This document shows positions 1-13,666 of a stretch of 64,000 nt of DNA, piece after piece; within the stretch, counting starts at the first letter, position 1, and each line of letters starts with the position of its first letter. Location of the stretch: NCBI GenBank assembly GCA_951406725.2, contig OX597815.1, positions 156,116,001-156,180,000 of the forward strand, in the 5' to 3' direction. The notes below the pieces were generated by a model, which saw nothing but the letters and a program-made list of their open reading frames with translations, searched no databases and was not told the DNA's origin. This DNA comes from Octopus vulgaris (Eukaryota). Both the position numbers and the translations under genes were made by a program.

Positions 1-662
1 TAAATCATATTATCTCTAGCTGCCCAGTCCTGGCTAAGAAGGAATATATTCACAGACATGACAGAGTTGGAACCTACATACATTGGAAGCTATGCCAACA
101 TTATGGAATAACAATAGAAAAAAGATGGTATAGGCACACACCAGAAAAGGTCACAGAAAACGAGAAAGCAACCATACTCTGGGATATGCCGATACACACA
201 GATAGAGAAATTAAGGCCAACAGACCAGATATAGTTGTCAGAGACCATGAAGAAAAAAATGCTTTCTAATTGATGTATCAATACCGGCAGATGACAACGT
301 GTCTCTAAAAGAAATGGAGAAACTCTCAAAATACAAAGACCTGGAAATAGAGGTAACTAGAATGTGGAACCTGAAAACAGAAACAATTCCTATCATAGTA
401 GGCGCATTAGGCATGATAAAAAAAATATTCAGACAAATACATAACAAAAACACCAGGACTTACAAACACATATAACATACAGAAAATTGCACTACTAGGC
501 ACTGCACACATCCTACGCAGAACACTTTCCATACAATAACCATCAGAGCATCACAACAAATCACAGCACATACCCAAGGCACACAGAGCTGCGCTCGGTA
601 GTGAAGTGAAAGCACGCTATAAAAATAAAACTACTGAATAATAATAATAACAATAATAATAT
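1..662 (+). mobile_element. 3' end of Dong/R4-clade non-LTR retrotransposon (restriction-like endonuclease domain, 3' UTR, (TAA)n tail)
   Basis: Manual translation from nt 3: NHIISSCPVLAKKEYIHRHDRVG...ILWDMPIHTDREIKANRPDIVV...LIDVSIP...EKLSKYKDLEIE...IPIIVGALG...QKIALLGTAHILRRTLSIQ* (stop 537-539). Zinc-knuckle tail, RHD and PD..D..K motifs are present. Two compensating 1-bp frameshifts in A-runs (~255, ~420). TAA repeats at 638-662. Confidence 0.9.
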
Positions 663-679
663 GTAAATTCCTTTATGTA

Positions 680-1065
680 CAGGAGTATAAGGACCTGGAA
701 ATTGAAATACAAAAGATGTGGAAACATAAAGCGAAAACTGTTCCTGTTATTATAGGTATGATAAAAAAAGGGGATGCCATAAGCATTTAGTCAACATTCC
801 AGGAGAACCGTGTCTCAAGGAAATCCAAAAGATTCTGCTGACAAATGCTGCTCCTATACTTAGAAAAGCTCCATCAATGTAAATGTTTGTGCTGTATTAT
901 CTGGAGGTATTTTTCTACTGCTCTCACCACGTTCGCTTACCAAGCATTCAGTTATATTTCAACATTTCTTAACTTTCACTTGCCCTAGGGCGCTGAGTAT
1001 ATCCCAGCAAGTGATTGCATCAAACATACAGATTAAAAGTAAACAACAGTGATAATAATAATATT
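680..1065 (+). mobile_element. Second, older 5'-truncated Dong/R4-like 3' end
   Basis: EYKDLEIEIQKMWKHKAKTVPVIIG...LKEIQKILLTNAAPILRKAPSM* (stop ~880) parallels the C-terminus of the first copy; followed by a UTR and TAATAATAAT at ~1053-1063. Confidence 0.75.
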
Positions 1066-1069
1066 GTAA

Positions 1070-1660
1070 CAGAACCAAAAGAAAATCAGGAGCGTATACA
1101 TTTGAAGGGTTAGGATAATACTAAAATTTAAGCAGAACTGTAGGAATCCATCACTAACATGCACGTAAAAGCCGTAGCCATCTCATCAGGTATGGCGCCG
1201 GAAAATCAAATTCACAATGGTAGATAAACAGTGAAATTGCCGTCAATTTACGGAACCTTACAGGCAGATATCGACAGATTTTATATTTCAGCAAAGGAAT
1301 AAAAGTAGCGGATTCATAAGTGTAGAAAACTGGGAGAAATGGAGAGGTTGAGAGAATAGGTTACTGACAGCGAAGAGTGATTTTGGTAGTAGTAAGAATA
1401 GAAATTTATTCTCTTTCCCCAATTGAGGGAACGGAAAAAAGTGAAGTTCTCGGAGCTAGAAAATATCATTACAGTCAGAAAAACTTACATCGACGGTTCT
1501 TCAAAATAGTGAAGACTATCGAAATCAGAAATCGTCTTAATGGCTAAAGAAAGGTGTGTTAAAAAAAAAGAGACAAAGGATTTATACTAGGTGTGTACAT
1601 CAACAAATCAGAATACGATACTTCAGAAACAACATAGATAAGCAAGATGTCATGCACAAA
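1070..1660 (+). mobile_element. Third, heavily decayed Dong/R4-like fragment (post-RT region)
   Basis: Residual motifs ADIDRFYIS (~1265), WLKKGVLKK/ET.GFI (~1540-1590) and YFRNNIDKQD, with many stops and frameshifts. Confidence 0.55.
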
Positions 1661-4600
1661 TTGAAAAGCGCTAGAATTTTCGGTAAGTCCTTGGCCGAAT
1701 CTCAAACTCATCGTTCAGCAGAGTTATTCGGTCAAATGTTATATACGATATTTTCTCGTGAGCATCTGTTCTTAGTAGAGTTTCTTTCCGGTTCACAGCA
1801 CTAGGATTTGTCCTGTTTTGTTGCCAATTACGGTAGACATCTTTCAAGAAGTTGCTTGACAAGTCCGGTATGTATTTGTAAAACTCATAGAGATGGTATT
1901 CAAGCAGAATGATTTGCAGCTTTTGCTACCGCTCACCTCCTAAATTTGGCTACAGCTCACCACCTCTCAAATTTCAACTACTCAAATAGGGTCTTGATTG
2001 AGCCGCTGAGAGCCGTAGCAAATAATTGAGGTAGGTGCTAATGTCAGTTACCATTACCGATCCAATACCGTTCTAAGTAGATGATGAGCAAGGGCTTCGA
2101 GCAGCTACACACATCCGAATGTAGCAATGTAACTCGCGTTTGCTCCTTTTCGGCAATGTCAAATGCATGATCGCGTCTTTCTTGCTACGTCGTACATCAG
2201 CCCCTCGGACCTGTCAGACAGTTTTTGTATTATGGGGTTTTAATGTAATAACACTAGCTCTGGGAACGCAACCATCATGTATTGCACTGAAGTAATATTG
2301 AGTTCCTTTCTCACCGCTAGCACGAAAAATCGCCATGCAGTTAGTAATAGACTATTCTAGATTTTTAACTAATTCGCCACTAAGTTATTTAATTTTGCGC
2401 TAATATTTTCACTAAAGGCTATCGATTCTGATCTAATCGCCCTCTTCAGAGCATTACACTACCAGTTCTTGATGGTTGTTTCCTCTCAAATATCACCTAA
2501 GTTCCTAATCCAGTCCCAATAGTATAGTCAAAGACTTGGTCATTAGCAAAGCATATCTCACAAAGGACAACAAACAACACCTGCTAATCGTCCAGAAATA
2601 TATACAAACGTCGTAGTTTCACCAATAATTGGGAATCATCATCTACATCATCGCGAGAGACATTCTCAAGGAGTGTTGGTTGGTAGTAAAATAATATTTT
2701 TGATATTCCTTGGAGCGGTCCACGGAATACACACACATGCGCACGCGCATATATATATATATATACTGAGATTCAGTTGAGTTAAGTACTTAAGTTGAAG
2801 CACCACGTCACTCCGGTATTATCTGCATGGAGTCGCTGGAAACGGTCGTAATGCATCACTACAAATACAGATAAAGCATGGCTCATCTTTATCCAGAACT
2901 TTAACAAACTGCTCCATAATGCCAAGTCTGATACGGATAAAGGAAGGATGATTGTTTTCCGGATTGAGCCAAAGGCTCTTCAACCACATTAAAAGACTCT
3001 GGAAGTAATGTTTCCTGAGACCATTTTCCCCTGTTGCTGCTGTACCAGATACATAAAAAGCATGGATATTTCATGTGTAAACAAAACATTTTTCTGGAAA
3101 ATGAGGAAAATTGCGAAAATTGTGGGTTTTGAGCGTCTTGAAAACTAGACTCGATTGTAAAATATTGATTACATTTGGGGATTCAGCGTATGAAAAAATT
3201 TCCAGATCAGGTAAAAATGTTCTGACAACAAAATACCTGATGGGTTGTGTTATATCCAAATTTAAGTGGATGTCTTCTTGGAACGCCGAATACTATATTA
3301 TTAGCCTCGAGAGAGTGTCCCATATAGGCGTTGTAGGCATAAAAAAAAACATATCACATGATTTCATTCTATTGGAAATTATCAATTATATATATATATA
3401 TGCGTGTGTGTGTGTGTGTATATATATATATATGTATGTATATATGCATATACATATACTGTGTTTGAATTATTGTCTTCACCATGTCCGTTTATTTTAA
3501 GCTCGATAGCTGACTTTGGAGTTCCCAACTTCGATTAAAGTTCGGTGGAAAGAAGGTAGAAAATACTCTTAAGCCTAAAGTCGGAAAGTAGGCCGTCGAT
3601 GTTTTTATTGTCATTTTACTCTCATTAGAGTTCTGTTATTGAAAACCATCATGCAGGTTACATTACTCTTTAAGTCCCATGTTTAACCTTCCATGTTTAA
3701 CAATCGTAAAAAGGAAGTATCTCACTGTTATGCTTGCCATTTTGTACTTCATACGTGCTACATCTACTAAAAATATTTTCTTATGTAATATTTTCTGTTT
3801 AGTTCCTTTCTGAAGCTAAACAATTCTCATCTAATTTTCCGTTTTAAATTCACCTATCATTTATTATTTATAATAACTTCATCAGTTTTCTCTCACCTAT
3901 ATCACTAATTTAATCATCGTAGGCTTTCCGTTCGAGAAACAGAGAATTCAGTTTCAGTTAATCAGGCATTGTACACGCCCTACCTAAGTTGACGGTATTT
4001 TGAAAATTGCTATCGTCTCTATAGCTAACTTTCTGAAAATATAGATACTTTCTTTATCCTCCAGCCTGATGACTATTCAGATATGATTTGGATATGAGTA
4101 ATTCCACATCACATTTCGATATCTGGTCAGATTGTTAAATGTGTTTTGTTTTTGTTTTATTGTAATTTCCACTCACACTCATAATGTGCACCTAAGATAC
4201 AGTTATGGCTCAATTATGAGCGGAGGATCTCCAAAAAAGACATCTAAGTACCTAAAGAAGTTTGTCTCCCTAAGCTCTATTAAGACGTAACCGGTTACCA
4301 GCCGGAGAGCACCTCATTGACTGTTACTCGTACTCCAAAATACTGAAATTCTCCGCGAGATTTAAGCATCTAGCAATGTTTCTATGCACCAAATGACGAG
4401 AAAATCTAATAAGAAAGCTAGTAGTTGCTTGCGGGAAGCTCTAGCGATGATAATAGCAATCGCATCTAGAACACACATATTTGTACACCTATATACATAC
4501 ACACATACACGCATACATGCATACATGCGTATTTACGTACGTACATGCATGCATACATTCACATATACTCTCTCACTGAGTCAGATGAATTTCTCCATAA

Positions 4601-4979
4601 ATGTTAAGTGTTTCTTAACTTCAATTATTGTCAAATTCATCTACTTTATCCCTCCATCATGTTGTATTCTTCTTTATTTGAAGTCTATCACTATCCAACC
4701 CACTAGGTATTTTCTTTTGTACACGCATAGCATTTAGTTTCAATTTTTCTCTTGGAATCATTTAATTGTTTTCAATTCTACGTTATTTCGGCAAACAAAC
4801 AAAAGCAAAGTTAAAAAACAAAACATATTGTATATTTTAACGGTGTTTAATAGTAGAGACGTCCGGTTGTTTCGATATGTCTCTACTCAGATACTCTCGC
4901 AACATGCGATCCTTCAGACGACAAAAATCTGTCAGGAATCATTCCATTCAAACAACGAGAAACAGGTGGGAACCAGAGG

Positions 4980-5800
4980 TAGGCATTTTAGCTAGAAAGC
5001 GTGTATGCTAGAGAGGGATGGATGCTTTATTGATGTCAATTGAAGCAACTTTGTTTGCAATAAATTTCCCAAAATCGAGGGTCAGAACTACGAAAACTAC
5101 ACTGAAGGTCAATGAAGTCATGATGCTGAAAATTGTCGTTGTTATTATTGTTATTGATTTTTTCTATCTCTTCTGAGATGTTGAAAATGAGAGCGACAAA
5201 TTGATAGTTATATCAAAGTGTAGGAACTATGGAGCGCGTTTCAAAATATTAGGATATTTTGTTGTAGAAAGACAATGATTGAGAGTTTGGCGGAAACAGA
5301 GTCTAACTAATAATTATAATGTTTGAGGAAATAAAAGGTAGAATATATATCTTTATTAATATAAAGCCACCGGAGACACTGATTCACTTTGGAAATTGAT
5401 GTCAATATGTACGTATTAGTATCCCGCTGGCACACAGAGGGGTAATTCTAGAGGATCTAATGTATAGGATACAAAGCAGGCAGTATATGTAGTGGCATCT
5501 TCCTCAGAAATACGGCTTACAGAGCCGCCATCACTAAGAAGTAGAGTAACGGAGGATTTGCCAAGTTAGTAGAGATATTTTTAGTGAGGTTCTAAAATAA
5601 TCGGTTGCACTTTGGGAGTCAGGGTTACATCGATACCCAGTTTACATTTCTGATAATTATCTTAGAGAAGGAGCTGTAGCGGTAAAGCCGTGTGGTTTGT
5701 TGCTGTGACTTCTTCGAAGTGTTGCAGTTTTTCTTCATTGCTTGAACTTTTACAGCCCAGCTACGAACGAACTTATTGCTATGAGTGAACTTATCACGTA
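4980..5800 (-). mobile_element. Very decayed LINE reverse-transcriptase remnant
   Basis: Weak minus-strand similarity to RT motifs (APSL..I, NY..VAL, SIDINKA resembling LDISKAFD); no continuous frame. Confidence 0.3.
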
Positions 5801-7539
5801 ACTCTTCTAACAAAGATGTTGTTTTTTTCTAAGACATCATTGAGAATGGAATGTAATAAATAGAATAGTTACAGTAATTTAATGGGACTTAATCCATCGA
5901 CTACACCGGAATAATGAAATCAGCTGTTGTCTTCAGAGTTAAATTCTGCTTACAACGTTAAAGAAGGCAATCAAGTGGTACAAAGCATCAAAGTCTACCA
6001 TCTACAACTCTTTCTAATAATAATATCATCTAACATATGCCCAAGTCTATATATTAGCGGGGAATGTTTGTCAAATGTATCACATCCGGTACTTGAATGG
6101 TTCTATATTTTATTCTACTGAAAGCATGAAAGATAAAATCTACTACGATTCTATTTCAAGTTAAAATGTAAAGCATAAGTAAATACCGTAATGCCGGCGA
6201 AATTTGAAAGAAAAATGTAGAGATCCGGACTAAATATTGCAAGTGATTTTGTCCGTCGTTCTAACGATTCTGTACTTAGCAAACTGTTAACCGAAAGAAA
6301 ATTTGCTTGTAATTTTTTTTCATGTTTGTATTTTTAACAACCTTCAAATAGTATTTTATATCTTAAAGTTTAAAGATATAATCATTCGACATAGAAACTT
6401 TAGTATATTTTTCTCCCCGTAAAAAGGAAGCATAGTGCAAAACAGCTCTAATTCGATGGAATATGAAGTAAAATTTGAAAGTTAATAAAGAATATTACTC
6501 AAAGAATGTGATTGCGATTATTATCATTTTTACAGTAAGGATGATATAACATGATATAAAAACAAACTATCATATTAAAGGGACATGATCAGAAGCAAAA
6601 CAAAAAAGGAAAGGAAATTTAAATAGAGACTAAACGCTTTGAACTAATGAAATATAAACCAATATATGTAATGAAAGGCATTGCGATTCTAAAGAAATTG
6701 CTAAATAAAAATATGCAGTATTTTGGCTTTAATCAGCTCATCATAAAATGAAATATTTTAAATTGAAATGCTGAATTTTTGCATTTATTTTAAACATTAG
6801 ATCGTATATTGTTAATTTCATGATTAGAATTTATTGAAGTAAAAATTTGCAATAGATTTATGTATTTGTTTTTATTTTTCAATATTGCGGTGTCTTTCAT
6901 AATTATCTTCGCTTATATTTTAAAGCAGTGCTTCAAGTCGATGTTAAGATATTACTGAAATTTGATTTGGTTTCTCACATGCTCATTTAGATTGAAAAGA
7001 GATAGGAATTTGATATATTAATGAATCTTATAATGGAGTTAGGGAAAAGAGTATATTTAAATGATTTTAACTTAGAATCAAACCTATGGTCATGATTTGG
7101 AATGACCAGGACAGAATTTACTACCCAACCAATAAGACTAGAAAATTCGGGGAGAGGATAAGTTGATTACATCTGGTATTTATTTAATCGACCCCGAAAT
7201 GATGGAAACGGAATTTAAATTTAAAACGTAAGTATTTTGCCCGGCTTTATTCTCTTCATTAATTTTGATTTCGCACATAGTGGAAAGACCTCAATTTTTG
7301 TAGGGGAAAAGAAAGAAACAGAAGGAAAGAGTTGTTTACATCAACTCCGGTAGTTGACTACTACTTTGATTTATCGAACTCAGAAAGCGAAGTTGAGCTC
7401 GGCAGCATCAGAATTCATAACGTAAAAGAACTAGAAGAAACAGTCACCAACATCATCATCATCATCATCATAGTCATCATCATCAACATCAATATCGACC
7501 TCCGGACATTACCGTCTCGAGTCCCGGAGCCCATACGAC

Positions 7540-7762
7540 TAGTTACCTGATTTCCATGGCGCATAAGTGACCGAGATAACAACGTTCCCCTGAACGGGAA
7601 GCCAGTCCACCGTAGATTTACTCATGTATAACTGAGTAGACTAGAGCAACGTGAAATAAAGTAAGTTGCTCAAGAGCACAACGCATCACCCGTTCAGGGA
7701 ATCCAAAGCACGATCGTAAGATCATGAGTACAACGCCCTCACCACTAGCGCACATTCCTTCA
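7540..7762 (-). mobile_element. tRNA-derived SINE, family 3 (older copy)
   Basis: Shares ctgagtagactagagcaacgtgaaataaagt..ttgctcaaga.cacaacgc and a tRNA-like head with the 17520-17816 copy. Confidence 0.6.
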
Positions 7763-10379
7763 CAAGCCCTGCAAAATATTTTATCCAACTCTCTAACTAT
7801 TATGCTAACCCACCTGTTACTGAGTGCCAGGTAGCTGCATCAATAGGGCACTGGTCAATATTAATTCAGGTATTTTGTCACGTCTCATTCACTTTGTCTG
7901 TCAATCCCATCGAGGCCTACTTTACGTATCCGTCTTCCAGGTCCGATAAAATGAATATCAGTCGAGTACAGGATTCAATCTGATCGATTGTTCCCTGTCA
8001 TAGAAATATGTGACTGGCTATTGCCAGATCCCACAAATCGATTATTGATTTATCTTTACCAAACACATATTTGATAACAGAATATGTACAAAATAAAAGT
8101 AAATACTATAACATTTTCTAGAATCGCCTACTTCCGACAATCTCGCACGATGAAGTTCTACGTGGCCGTTCGACCTACTAGAAATGATAAATTAATCTTC
8201 CTCTTAAAAGTCTTAATGTGGTCCTAAATACACCACGTCTGAAAAAGATACGTTGGTTGTTGCTAGAACGTTTTTGATCATAGGTCTTGCCGATCGGAGA
8301 TCATTTAGAGCTGAACAACAATACTCCAAATTATGTTTTTTTTTTCCCCTTCTGACCAATATATTTATGAATTAACTAAAGGAGTTGTTACAATGACAGA
8401 AATTAAATGACTTAGCAACAAAATTGAAACTCTCTCACACGACACTTCATAATTTTTCCCTTCCACTACTCAGCTCTGAAGACTAAAGGTGCTTCTGTTT
8501 GAATCTTATGAAATGAATGTATATCACTTTCTGTTATTTTGACTTTTGTTTATAAGTGCTAGGTATAGCGTAACACGATTAGTAAAAATCATCTCAGCAT
8601 AACCAAATACTTTTTAATGGGTGCAGGTAGGACTGCGTAGCTCAGAATACTGCTTTGTAACTATGTTCTTTCCGTTCCATTTCCTTATATGTTACACTGG
8701 ACAAGTGGTTTCTGCTTAGCTTCTAGTCGGTCGAAGGCTTGCGAGTAAAATTTTGTAAATGAGGACCGCAAGGAAACTCGTTGAAGGATCTGTTCTTTTA
8801 ACTTCAGCAGTTTAGCATCGCTATCAGACCTTAAGATTCCACGCTCTTGCAAGCATTAGCTAGAGATCTCAAATCTCAGAATAACTTTTCCTTTTTCACT
8901 AGTCTCAGGTATTCTGAAATATATGTCCTCCTTACACTGATTAAGCCATGAAAATATTAATTACAAATATCCCAAATACTAATTTGTCTGTCACTTATGA
9001 AATAAATCTGCATCAGCAGTTATTATATTGAAGACCATCTAATAACTGCTGTATTTATACTAATGCGAGTCGTTAAAACATTTACACATAATCAAGAGTT
9101 TTCTAATATCTTCCCTCAAACTATATGACAATCTCAATATCTCGCTCGGGAACAATTAAATTTCATTACTCTAATATAGTTTAATGTCTTTTCGTAGGTG
9201 TGTTATTCACAAAATATATCTGCAGTGTATAAGGATGGAGTTTCTTCTAGTGTTTAGATTAATTTGAGCAAGTAAAATTGGTCGAGAAGTTATTGCTTAT
9301 AAATAATGCAATTCAAACAGCGAATATTATCTCAGATAACTTCGGGAATATGGGAACATGATTTGCTGGTCGGGGTAAGATACTTAAGTATTGGTGAATG
9401 ATGATGAATAAAGAGTTTTCATGTTACCGTTGTTTAGACCAGCGCACATTCAGACGAACTATGATCAAAAACGTTTCTCATAGGTGTACATCCTGTGTTT
9501 TTTTTATGGGATAGTGTATCCAGGGATAAACTATCCTGGATAGATATGTCTCCTATCTTGTGAATAGGATTTGATTTCAGGAAAATGCGAGGTTGTGAAT
9601 TCTAGTAGGTCTAGTCACTGCGTTGAGATTAGATGATTCGGCACACATCAAATGGAGAATCGAAATACCATATAGGTAAAACTGCAGGTATATCATACAG
9701 ATCTTACGAGCAAGCACTGTCTCTTGTTCGTATCGCAGATCACCTTAACCTCAGAATGATATAGTAAAATTTACATAATTTATCGGTGCGATATATTTGA
9801 GGGTTTCTGACATTAGTAGAGAATATTCCTTGCTATCGTTTAATTCTAGTTAAATAAGGTAAGTCTAATCTTTCATATCATGGGAAGTGTAAAGATATAT
9901 TTTGAGGAGCATGATCTAAGACAAAATCCTGGACGGCAACTTGATGGTGTAACCGGTACACGTGGGTATTATTTAACAGCATTTTATGTCTGTGATTCAT
10001 TCACTCCAGGTCTTTACATCGGCAGGCTGCTGAGTTTGCAAACAGAAGTGATTCCATATATTATCCATGTGCTCTCTGGAGCTACTGGCGGTTTTGTTAC
10101 CTCGGTAGCTTAATTGGCATTGAAATCTCCTGTGCGGAAGGCATAATACCCAGAGTAAGAACACCTGGGAACAAGTTCAGGATGTTATTACCTCTGCAGG
10201 CAATAGAGCCCTTCCATCTCCGAGTGGAGAATAGTTGGTAGGATATTTGTGCACGAAATGTAATATTGTACGATAGAGATTGTGAAGATTAGAATCAAAT
10301 GAAGCAGGCGCGCTATGCTTGCTATGAGATATTAGCTTGCATGAATGATCTAATGCTCATATGCTGAGAGAAAGGTAAC

Positions 10380-10620
10380 AAATGGGTATAAGACGAATCA
10401 TAAACAGTGAACAAGAGAGAAGATAGTACAGGTATATGCATGTGATGCGTATGGAAAATGATCACTTTGTAATCAAGTACTGAGAAAATTCGAAGGAAAT
10501 GAAAGCTCCGGAGGAAAGGGAGTAAGGAAGACTTGGGATGAAATCATTTAAACCTAAATAATCTTATGCTGCAGCTCACGACTAGGTGATAAAGAAACGT
10601 GCCGATTGGCGACACTTTCT
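10380..10620 (+). mobile_element. Decayed RTE-type LINE 3' coding end
   Basis: HVMRMEND...G.RKTWDEII...KKRADWR motifs typical of RTE-clade C-termini. Confidence 0.4.
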
Positions 10621-12575
10621 ATTTACCCATCTCTTTTACTATTCATCAATCCCTCATCTCCGCTACTCTTCTTTCACTCCAATCGCTCTGATTTTTATCA
10701 TTCTATTCTTACTCCTGCCAACCATTTTATTCTTTTGTCACAGCTCTCTTCTCTAATAAACTCTGCAATAACGTAGCCCTGAGGAATTACACACTTCAAT
10801 GAGAGGTGGCGAAAATGTTTTACTACAGTGTCGGTGCTACTAAAAAATTCACAAGCAGTAAAATGATTGGTTATCGAGCGGAGATGAGAGATCGCGATTA
10901 TTATTTTTTCTTATCAACGATATAGCCTGCAAAGCGGTTCGTGTTATGAAGGACATCTTAGATGCTGAAGGAACTATGCTGAAAATTAAACGTGGTAGAC
11001 ATGTTTATATGCGTACCACACATACACACACGCACAAATAAGCGCGCACACATACACGAACACACAAAGAAAATGGGATGGTTATGGCCGGAACACCTTT
11101 GATCATCGTACTAAGCTAAGCCTAAGTAAAACAACACATCAAAGAGAGAAATTAATCGTCTCAACCCATATCGTACTGTCGTACAGTTACTGAATGCAAT
11201 AACAAAGCGAGGTAATGGAATCAGAGCAGGTATCAAACAGTTAATAGAATTTAAAAAAAAATATCCTACGTACTTCTTTCACAAAATATCAGAAGCTTTT
11301 ACAACTAAAATACATTGCATAACGTAATCCTAAATACATTATACCAGGAAAAGAAAATAGCAGCATGGTCACGTTCTGTATGGCTTTGATCATGGGTTTG
11401 CTTGATCAGGAAAAAATCTGGTATTAAATAAACGACAACTAAGTTTAATATAGGCAAAATAACTTACGCTGAATCAAAGAATATAAGCACACATTACTGA
11501 GTAATTATTCAAAGATCAAATACTTGGATCGCAGTTTTAAAAGTTGTTTACAAAATTAATTACCTGGAAAGGTAAATTAATCGTTTTACGATGAAATGTA
11601 ATTCATAGAAAATATTTATTTCCCACTTTGATTAATTTTTGCAAGAACAAAATCACAAAATCAATATTTTAAAATGGAATTCATATTAAATGATTTGAAA
11701 ATATAAAGATGGAACTCATATACGGTATATTCGTTATAATCAGGGAAAAATATGATAAACTATATAACCGAGGGGCCTTCGCAACGTAGCAATTTCGAAT
11801 CCAAATATTCAGTCTTTCGAGATGTAATATTGATAACAACATCGTCATGACCTAACAAAAACAGCAACCGGATCTTAGTTCACATTTTTAAAAGAAACAC
11901 TAAAAACGACGGACATATTATATAATGTAGCTCTAGGTTTACTGTATGCGAATAAATGCTGGAATGTTATGGCGGACACACATCTTTAATTATGGATTTT
12001 TTTCATCAGAGCTAGAGAATAATTATACTAATAAATATAACAACAAGAACAAGAAAACAACATTGAATATTAGGAAATATATTTAAATATATTGTCATAC
12101 ATTTAAATTTCATTAATAAAATATATTTGATTATAACATGATGTTCCTTGTCAAATTATATATTTCATATTTAAATTAAATTCTAAAGTCTTTATTAAAT
12201 CTGAATTCATTTTTAATTATCTTTAGTAAAGATGATGTGGAAATTAATAGAAATGGTGGGCCACTTTGTAATATTTAGTTGCAACCCTTTATGTTTTACG
12301 TTCAAATACCACCGGATTTAATTTTGCTTTTCATTCACCCGGAAGTCAACAACATCAGATCCAAACAATATCAGGAGTCATTCTAATTCACTTTAGCGAT
12401 TCTTTAATATTTATGTCTTTGTGTATATGCTAGAAACAGGTAAAGTTAGTCGAGACAGTTCTGATGAATAGAGTAAAATATCGTAGAAAATACTGTGACG
12501 TTGAAGATCCACCAAACGAATACCTCACTGTTGTACATATTTAAAACATCCTTATTAGTTATGAAAAGGAAATAC

Positions 12576-13666
12576 GGATATTTTCCTTTTGATGGGCAGC
12601 TCGATTAATTAATTTTCTTTAACTAAACACTTTGAAACTTCGGATACTGGTAGAAAGTGTCATATAGAACATATTTTACTCTTAGCATTGTTGCGAAAAT
12701 TTTCTATTTTTGAAGTTATTTCGTGTTAAAGTTGACGTATTTCGGTAATTTCAACCAATCAATTCAGCTGAATAAAATGACTGCTGTTGTTTGTCAACAA
12801 CAACTATCGGCGGTGTATATTTCGTTTGTCACTGTTATTTATGACACATTTCATCTCAGTTACGCTCGTATGAATAAACAAGTGTATCTGAAGCATGTTT
12901 ATTTTATGACACCACCATAATCGTTCGTGCATTTCTACTGCTTTTAGGTTTTTGCCTGTTTTTCAGCTACTATTTTCGGAAAGACTTCCTCCCGTCCCAC
13001 CCACAATTTTCTCGCAAATGATTGTCTTTTTAAAATACTTTTGCCAAAAACAAAGCTTGTCGGACAACGGAAATTCCGGAAAATTGCCAAAAATCAGAAA
13101 ACTCTAAAGCCCTAACCCTAACCTAAAACCCTAAACCTGAAACTAACCCTAGCCCTAAAACCCCAATCCTAACTCTAACACTAACCCTAAAGCCCTAACC
13201 CTAACCCTAAAATCTTAATCTTAACGCTAACCATAAAATCCTAACCCTAACCCTAATCCTAAAACCCTAATCCTAACCCTAACTCTAGTCCTAAAACCCT
13301 AACCCTAACCCAAAACCTTAACACTAATCCTAACCCTAAGTAGAAAAATTGTTGTAAATTTTTTCAAAGTTAAAACCAGTACAAACGCACGAACGATGTC
13401 ATAAATAACAGTGACAAACGAAATATGCACCGCCGGAAGTTGACAAACAACAGCAGTAATTTTATTCAGGTGAATACACGTCATTGATTGGTTGAAATTA
13501 CCGAAATACGACAAATTTAACACAAAATAACTTCGAAAATAGAAACTTTTTTCAACAACACTAAGAGTAAAATATGTTCTATATGACACATTCTATTAGT
13601 ATACGAAGTTTCAAAGTGTTTAGTTAAAGAAAATTAATCGAGCTGCCCATGAAAAGGAAAAGATCC
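12576..13666. mobile_element. Non-autonomous TIR DNA transposon (Merlin-like) with ~270-bp TIRs and an internal telomeric-repeat array
   Basis: Left end GGATATTTTCCTTTTGATGGGCAGCTCGATTAATT, right end AATTAATCGAGCTGCCCATGAAAAGGAAAAGATCC. Inverted similarity spans 12576-12847 vs 13396-13666. Exact 8-bp TSD GGAAATAC at 12568-12575 and 13667-13674. 5'-GG termini with an 8-bp TSD fit Merlin. Confidence 0.88.
13102..13339 (+). repeat. Degenerate interstitial telomeric repeat (CCCTAA)n / (TTAGGG)n
   Basis: About 240 bp of ccctaa/tcctaa/ctctaa hexamers punctuated by extra AA, giving recurring CCCTAACCCTAAAA-type units. Confidence 0.9.

Noticed and set aside
4855-4925. Hammerhead-like CTGAAGG...GAAAC on the minus strand
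   Set aside because: No valid stem III or NUH triplet could be formed.
9880-10330. LINE endonuclease remnant (GDFNA on the minus strand)
   Set aside because: A single short motif with no supporting frame.
13102-13339. True telomere or chromosome-fusion scar
   Set aside because: The array is degenerate, in a single orientation and enclosed in a TSD-flanked TIR element.
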